From: Tubiluchus corallicola
Lineage: Eukaryota; Animalia; Priapulida
Direction of reading: 5' to 3'
Length of the DNA stretch: 13,995 bases
Assembly (NCBI GenBank): GCA_030141605.1
Contig: JAQGDQ010002128.1
Span: 1-13,995 of the forward strand
Of the stretch, positions 9,018 through 13,995 are shown one piece after another. How positions within the stretch are numbered: position 1 is the stretch's first letter; each line of letters starts with the position of its first letter. The notes beneath the pieces are model-generated. The model ran no database searches and was not told where the DNA came from. It was given only the letters and a program-made list of their open reading frames with translations. The position numbers were made by a program, and so were the translations under genes.

Positions 9018-9877
9018 TGAGAAAGCAACCAGGTAATAGGCTGCGAAATATCTGTTTATAGCAAAATAAACGAAACATTTTTTATATCATCAATGATTCC
9101 ATCTATAATTTTTCTTTTATTGACATTTTTGATAATGGATGCCAAAGCTATTAAAGTCTCTTCCAAGACTAATCATAACTTTCTATTACTAGAAAGAGAA
9201 AACTACACATAATTACAGGGATTGTTCTGAGTAAAAACACGATAGGGTTGTGAGTACGTGTGTACGCTAAATACTTCAACAGTTTTACAATTAGGACACA
9301 TTCGCCTCAGTCAAGCCGAATGGCAATTGGGACTAGAGCCATTTTTGCGCCTTGAAAAGATACGATTAGTCCGTAATGTTCTTAATTTCCACAACAGGAG
9401 AGAAAACTCTGGCGAACGCGAGTCTTGCTAATCACCAGTTGCTCCACGGTTTTGTAGGTTATGACTACAGGCGCCATTTTGTCTTGTCTAGTGATACAAG
9501 GCTTCGTGGACATAATTAAAAGCTTACAAAGTCACGCGTTCGATTCCCTGTGCATCTGAACAGTTTTGCATGTCGAGTAATAAATGTATGCAGCTCTTTG
9601 CCATTTGAAGTTGTAAATGCCTCCAACTTAACTACTTTTAAAACGTGCCATCACAGCCATCTCTTCCAAAACTCGTAATGTTTTTTTTATAATTTTGAAC
9701 ATCCTGTTGTTTATTGTTATTGTTATAGGTACGTAAAATTTAGTACTAATGTTTACACTTACATTATTGTACTGTATGATTTGCAGCACTATGTTGTCCC
9801 CTTCGTACGGGGAGTACTTTGGGTAATTTAAATTATTGTACTTAATTTTTGCTTACCAGTCGAGCTACCATTACCCA

Positions 9878-10076
<199 letters not shown>

Positions 10077-10110
10077 CCCAGAGATAGGGTTAAAACCCTA
10101 CCCCTATTCC

Positions 10111-10892
10111 CACCCCTTCTGCTTAACAAAACTAAAACTTCTGACATACCTTCTGCTTAACAAAACTAAAACTTCTGACACAGCTTCTACTTAACAAAAC
10201 TAAAACTTCTGACACCCCTTCTGCTTAACAAAACTAAAACTTCTGACACAGCTTCTGCTTAACAAAACTAAAACTTCTGACACCCCTTCTGCTTAACAAA
10301 ACTAAAACTCCTGACACTCCTTCTGCTCAACAAAACTAAAACTTCTGACACCCCTTCTGCTCAACAAAACTAAAACGTTTGACGCCCCTTCTGCTTAACA
10401 AAACCAAAACTTCTGACACCCCTTCTGCTTAACGAAACTAAAACGTTTGACACCCCTTCTGCTTAACAAAACTAAAACTTCTGACACCCCTTCTGCTTAA
10501 CAAAACTAAAACTTCTGACACCCCTTCTGCTTAACAAAACTAAAACTTCTGAGACAGCTTCTGCTTAACAAAACTAAAACTTCTGACACCCCTTCTGCTT
10601 AACAAAACTAAAACTTCTGACACCCCTTCTGCTTAACAAAACCAAAACTTCTGACACCCCTTCTGCTTAACAAAACCAAAACTTCTAACACCCCTTCTGC
10701 TTAACAAAACTAAAACTTCTGACACCCCTTCTGCTTAACGAAACTAAAACTTCTGACACCCCTTCTGCTTAACAAAACCAAAACTTCTGACACCCCTTCT
10801 GCTTAACAAAACCAAAACTTCTGACACCCCTTCTGCTTAACAAAACCAAAACTTCTGACACCCCTTCTGCTTAACAAAACTAAAACTTCTGA
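10111..10892. repeat. 34-bp minisatellite (CACCCCTTCTGCTTAACAAAACTAAAACTTCTGA), 23 copies
   Basis: Directly visible. 782 bp = 23 x 34, with substitution variants only. Confidence 0.98.
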
Positions 10893-11283
10893 ATTTAACA
10901 TTACTTCCCATTTCATACGTTCCAGGTCATATCCATGCGGTTCTCAAGTGATTAAAGACAAACCATTTGTTTCAAAAGATAAGCTACTTGTTTCAAATTG
11001 TTTGCTTGCAAAGACACAAGAAGAATTTTCTCACCGCAAAGAACTCGCTTATTCATATTTCCGTCAGCTGGGTAAATAAATGATGCAACTTACGTAACTA
11101 TTGACCTAGATGATGTTACAACCGCAAACCATTCATTATACATAATGTCCGTGTATACTGTCACTAGAACGTATAGCGTTCACACGATCGAATTTATAAT
11201 TAGCCCACACTTTGCATATTAAGTAGGATAACTTGTCATCGCTGATAATTGTGTCAGATTTTAATGATTAAGTTTTGAACAGG

Positions 11284-11374
11284 TAATTTTTCCATCAAGC
11301 AACCATGGAAACGTGAGAGAAATGCTAATTTTTGCCATCACGCAACCATGGAAACGTGAGAAAAATGCTAATTT
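11284..11374. repeat. 43-bp tandem duplication
   Basis: CCATCA(A/C)GCAACCATGGAAACGTGAGA(G/A)AAATGCTAATTT occurs at 11292 and 11335. Confidence 0.92.
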
Positions 11375-12608
11375 CTATTATAATAACGACGTTACTCTTA
11401 ATTTGGGTATTTAATAACAGTCAAGAAGTCTAGGATGTCTAACCTTTATCGTTTTCGTGCAAGCTTGCAATAATTCATACTGACGAGAAAAACAAACTGT
11501 TTACGGTGTGTGCTTGGCAACCGCAATTTGGTGACACTGTGCCTGGTTAGAAAATAGATGAGTGACAGACGGAAAAAACTACTGTTTTGTCAGTGGCTGT
11601 TTCTCTGATTTATCGAAAAAAACATGCATCTGATGACTAAGACGCCTCTGCTGATTCAGTGTCTCATTGGAAGGATTTTTGTTAAAGATTTCGGTCTTGC
11701 CACAACTATCATTGTCTCATGATTATGTAATTACATCAACCTAGGCTGAATTTTCACAAAAGAGGAGACATTTGCCATGAGAAAAGGCCGGAAATCCCGT
11801 GTATTTTTGGAAATAGCATTTCTTATCCTGTGGAAAAGAAAAAGGCTTGAAAAAGAAAGAACTTCCATCTTTATTTAAATTTCACGACATTTCACTACGA
11901 ACTGGTACTTTTCACATCTTCATTACCATGACAACAGCACTCGCTGCCTCTCACAGCAATCCTACTAGTCGTTAATGCAAAGTAAACTTTCTAATTCTCT
12001 GCAGTGTGAGTTTAATCAGTCCCACAAAAGCAACCCCTTCTGCGAAAACTTGAATGATACCGGTTTAAATCTGTCGAACAATCGAATGTTTGTTCGGGTA
12101 AACCTATTCAGTGTGATCAATGGCCTCCCTGGCCCAATTTACAACTCTGCATATCTCTCATCGCTCCTCCTACTGTTAAATTAGAGGTTTTAGCAAAGCT
12201 GAACAATTAGCGAAATCTCTTCCTAACCTTGATAATGATTGCCTTGACTAAACACTAATCTTCGTTAAGCACTTGGACAGGTAAGCATTGTTTACCTGTA
12301 CAAATGCAACCCTTTCACAGTTGACTTTATTCTAAATCGACGAGGAAGTTTAGGTGTTGAATTTGATCATGTAAATGTGAATACTCAAAGGCCTTGCATG
12401 CATCGATTTCCAAGATAGAACTGCTCTAGTTGTACATAATACCGTGTTAATGCAATTATTATGATTTTACTCGCATTTCCTTGGGTGTGGTTATTTAACA
12501 TAAGTGCATGTTGATTGTTGAAATTTAAATTAATTGACGGCGTATCCAAGCGCGGGTGTCCTCAGTGTTCAGATTTCACTATAAAATGGGTGAAATTTTT
12601 AAAATCGT

Positions 12609-12920
<312 letters not shown>

Positions 12921-13995
12921 TGGCAAAAGAACTTGGATTCGCCCCCTCTAATCTAATATGATCGAGAAACTGTAACCTAACTGAATGGCCTGAGTTCAAC
13001 GACGTCTCGCCTTTTTTGTGACTATTAATACTAATAACAGTTATATAGAACTTGTCTTAATGCACAGGTTAGAAGTTAAGGCAGCGTATTGTGTTACTGA
13101 ATGATTACCACAAGAAAAGAATTTCTGAACACACTTAGTGGACAACCGCACAGTTCACCCCCCCCCACCCTTTTCTTTCACTGCTCATAATAATCGACAC
13201 TAATTTCCGCACAAGAAGAAAATAATTATTATAGGACAGAAGTTGCGTGTCTCGTTATCCTTTCTGCGCTGAAACTGTGACAGTAATCTCTGCTAAACAA
13301 AGCAGGGGGTGCTCGCATCATACGACACAGATCCGCCGCCTCTTTTTTTTCGTTTATTGACTATCAATGTGTTTGTTCAACGCAGAAAGTAAGTCGTAAT
13401 AACAAAATCGCTAAAAACTGGCCAACTGTAGGCAAGCAGAAAGCGCTACATTTCTTCACGGGTCAGCTGAGTTTATGGACCAAGATTTTATATGGTGTGT
13501 AATAAAATTTTACTAACTTCGAGGGGTTTTTAGACACCTCTTACTTTTTCAATGGGTTTACGAATACAACGACCGCTAAATAGCTCAGGTAAAGTTCGTC
13601 TTGTACAGCAGACTAAATAAAAATATACAAAGTACACAGAGAATTTATACCAGACTTTTGAAGTGGCGTATAGTATTACACAAGGTGTAACGTTTCTGAT
13701 GTTATCATACCTATTTAATTCATCGCTTTTCGGCAGGTGGAACAGACAAAGCCTAGGAAAATATCATTTCTGCTCTTAAAATACATGCAACAGGGTCCAT
13801 GGAAAATTTATGCCCGTTAATTACGTTGTACTTTGGTCGACGAAAATAAAAGATTAGCGCTAGCAAATAGCCTACAATTTCAAAACATTAGTAACATTTA
13901 TACGTCTCGAGACAAAAACCTGCTGGTTACTTTCTCTGAGTTAGTGTGTGATTCGTTTTTACAAACTTTAGTATAAATTATTGAACTTTTATAGA

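Noticed and set aside
11625-11680. CTGATGA followed by a stem (possible hammerhead ribozyme)
   Set aside because: The required GAAA core after stem II is missing (GGAAGG instead), and no stems I/III are evident.

Overview
AT-rich, repeat-dense eukaryotic (metazoan) non-coding or intronic DNA. The 5S-like sequence resembles the mollusc/annelid type, so a lophotrochozoan source is plausible (inference). No listed ORF is a credible protein; most are translations of tandem repeats. The window holds three minisatellite arrays (30, 37-38 and 34 bp units) and several microsatellites. It also holds a TTAA-flanked piggyBac-type MITE, two foldback elements, a 5'-truncated minus-strand LINE 3' end with a candidate TSD, and two candidate plus-strand micro-exons. 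The most notable feature (4780-5329) is a full-length 5S rRNA sequence with no oligo-T terminator. It runs directly into a ~430-bp GC-rich structured body ending in a stem-loop and (AAC)n tail, consistent with a 5S-derived SINE (SINE3) with a probable RTE-LINE-derived body.
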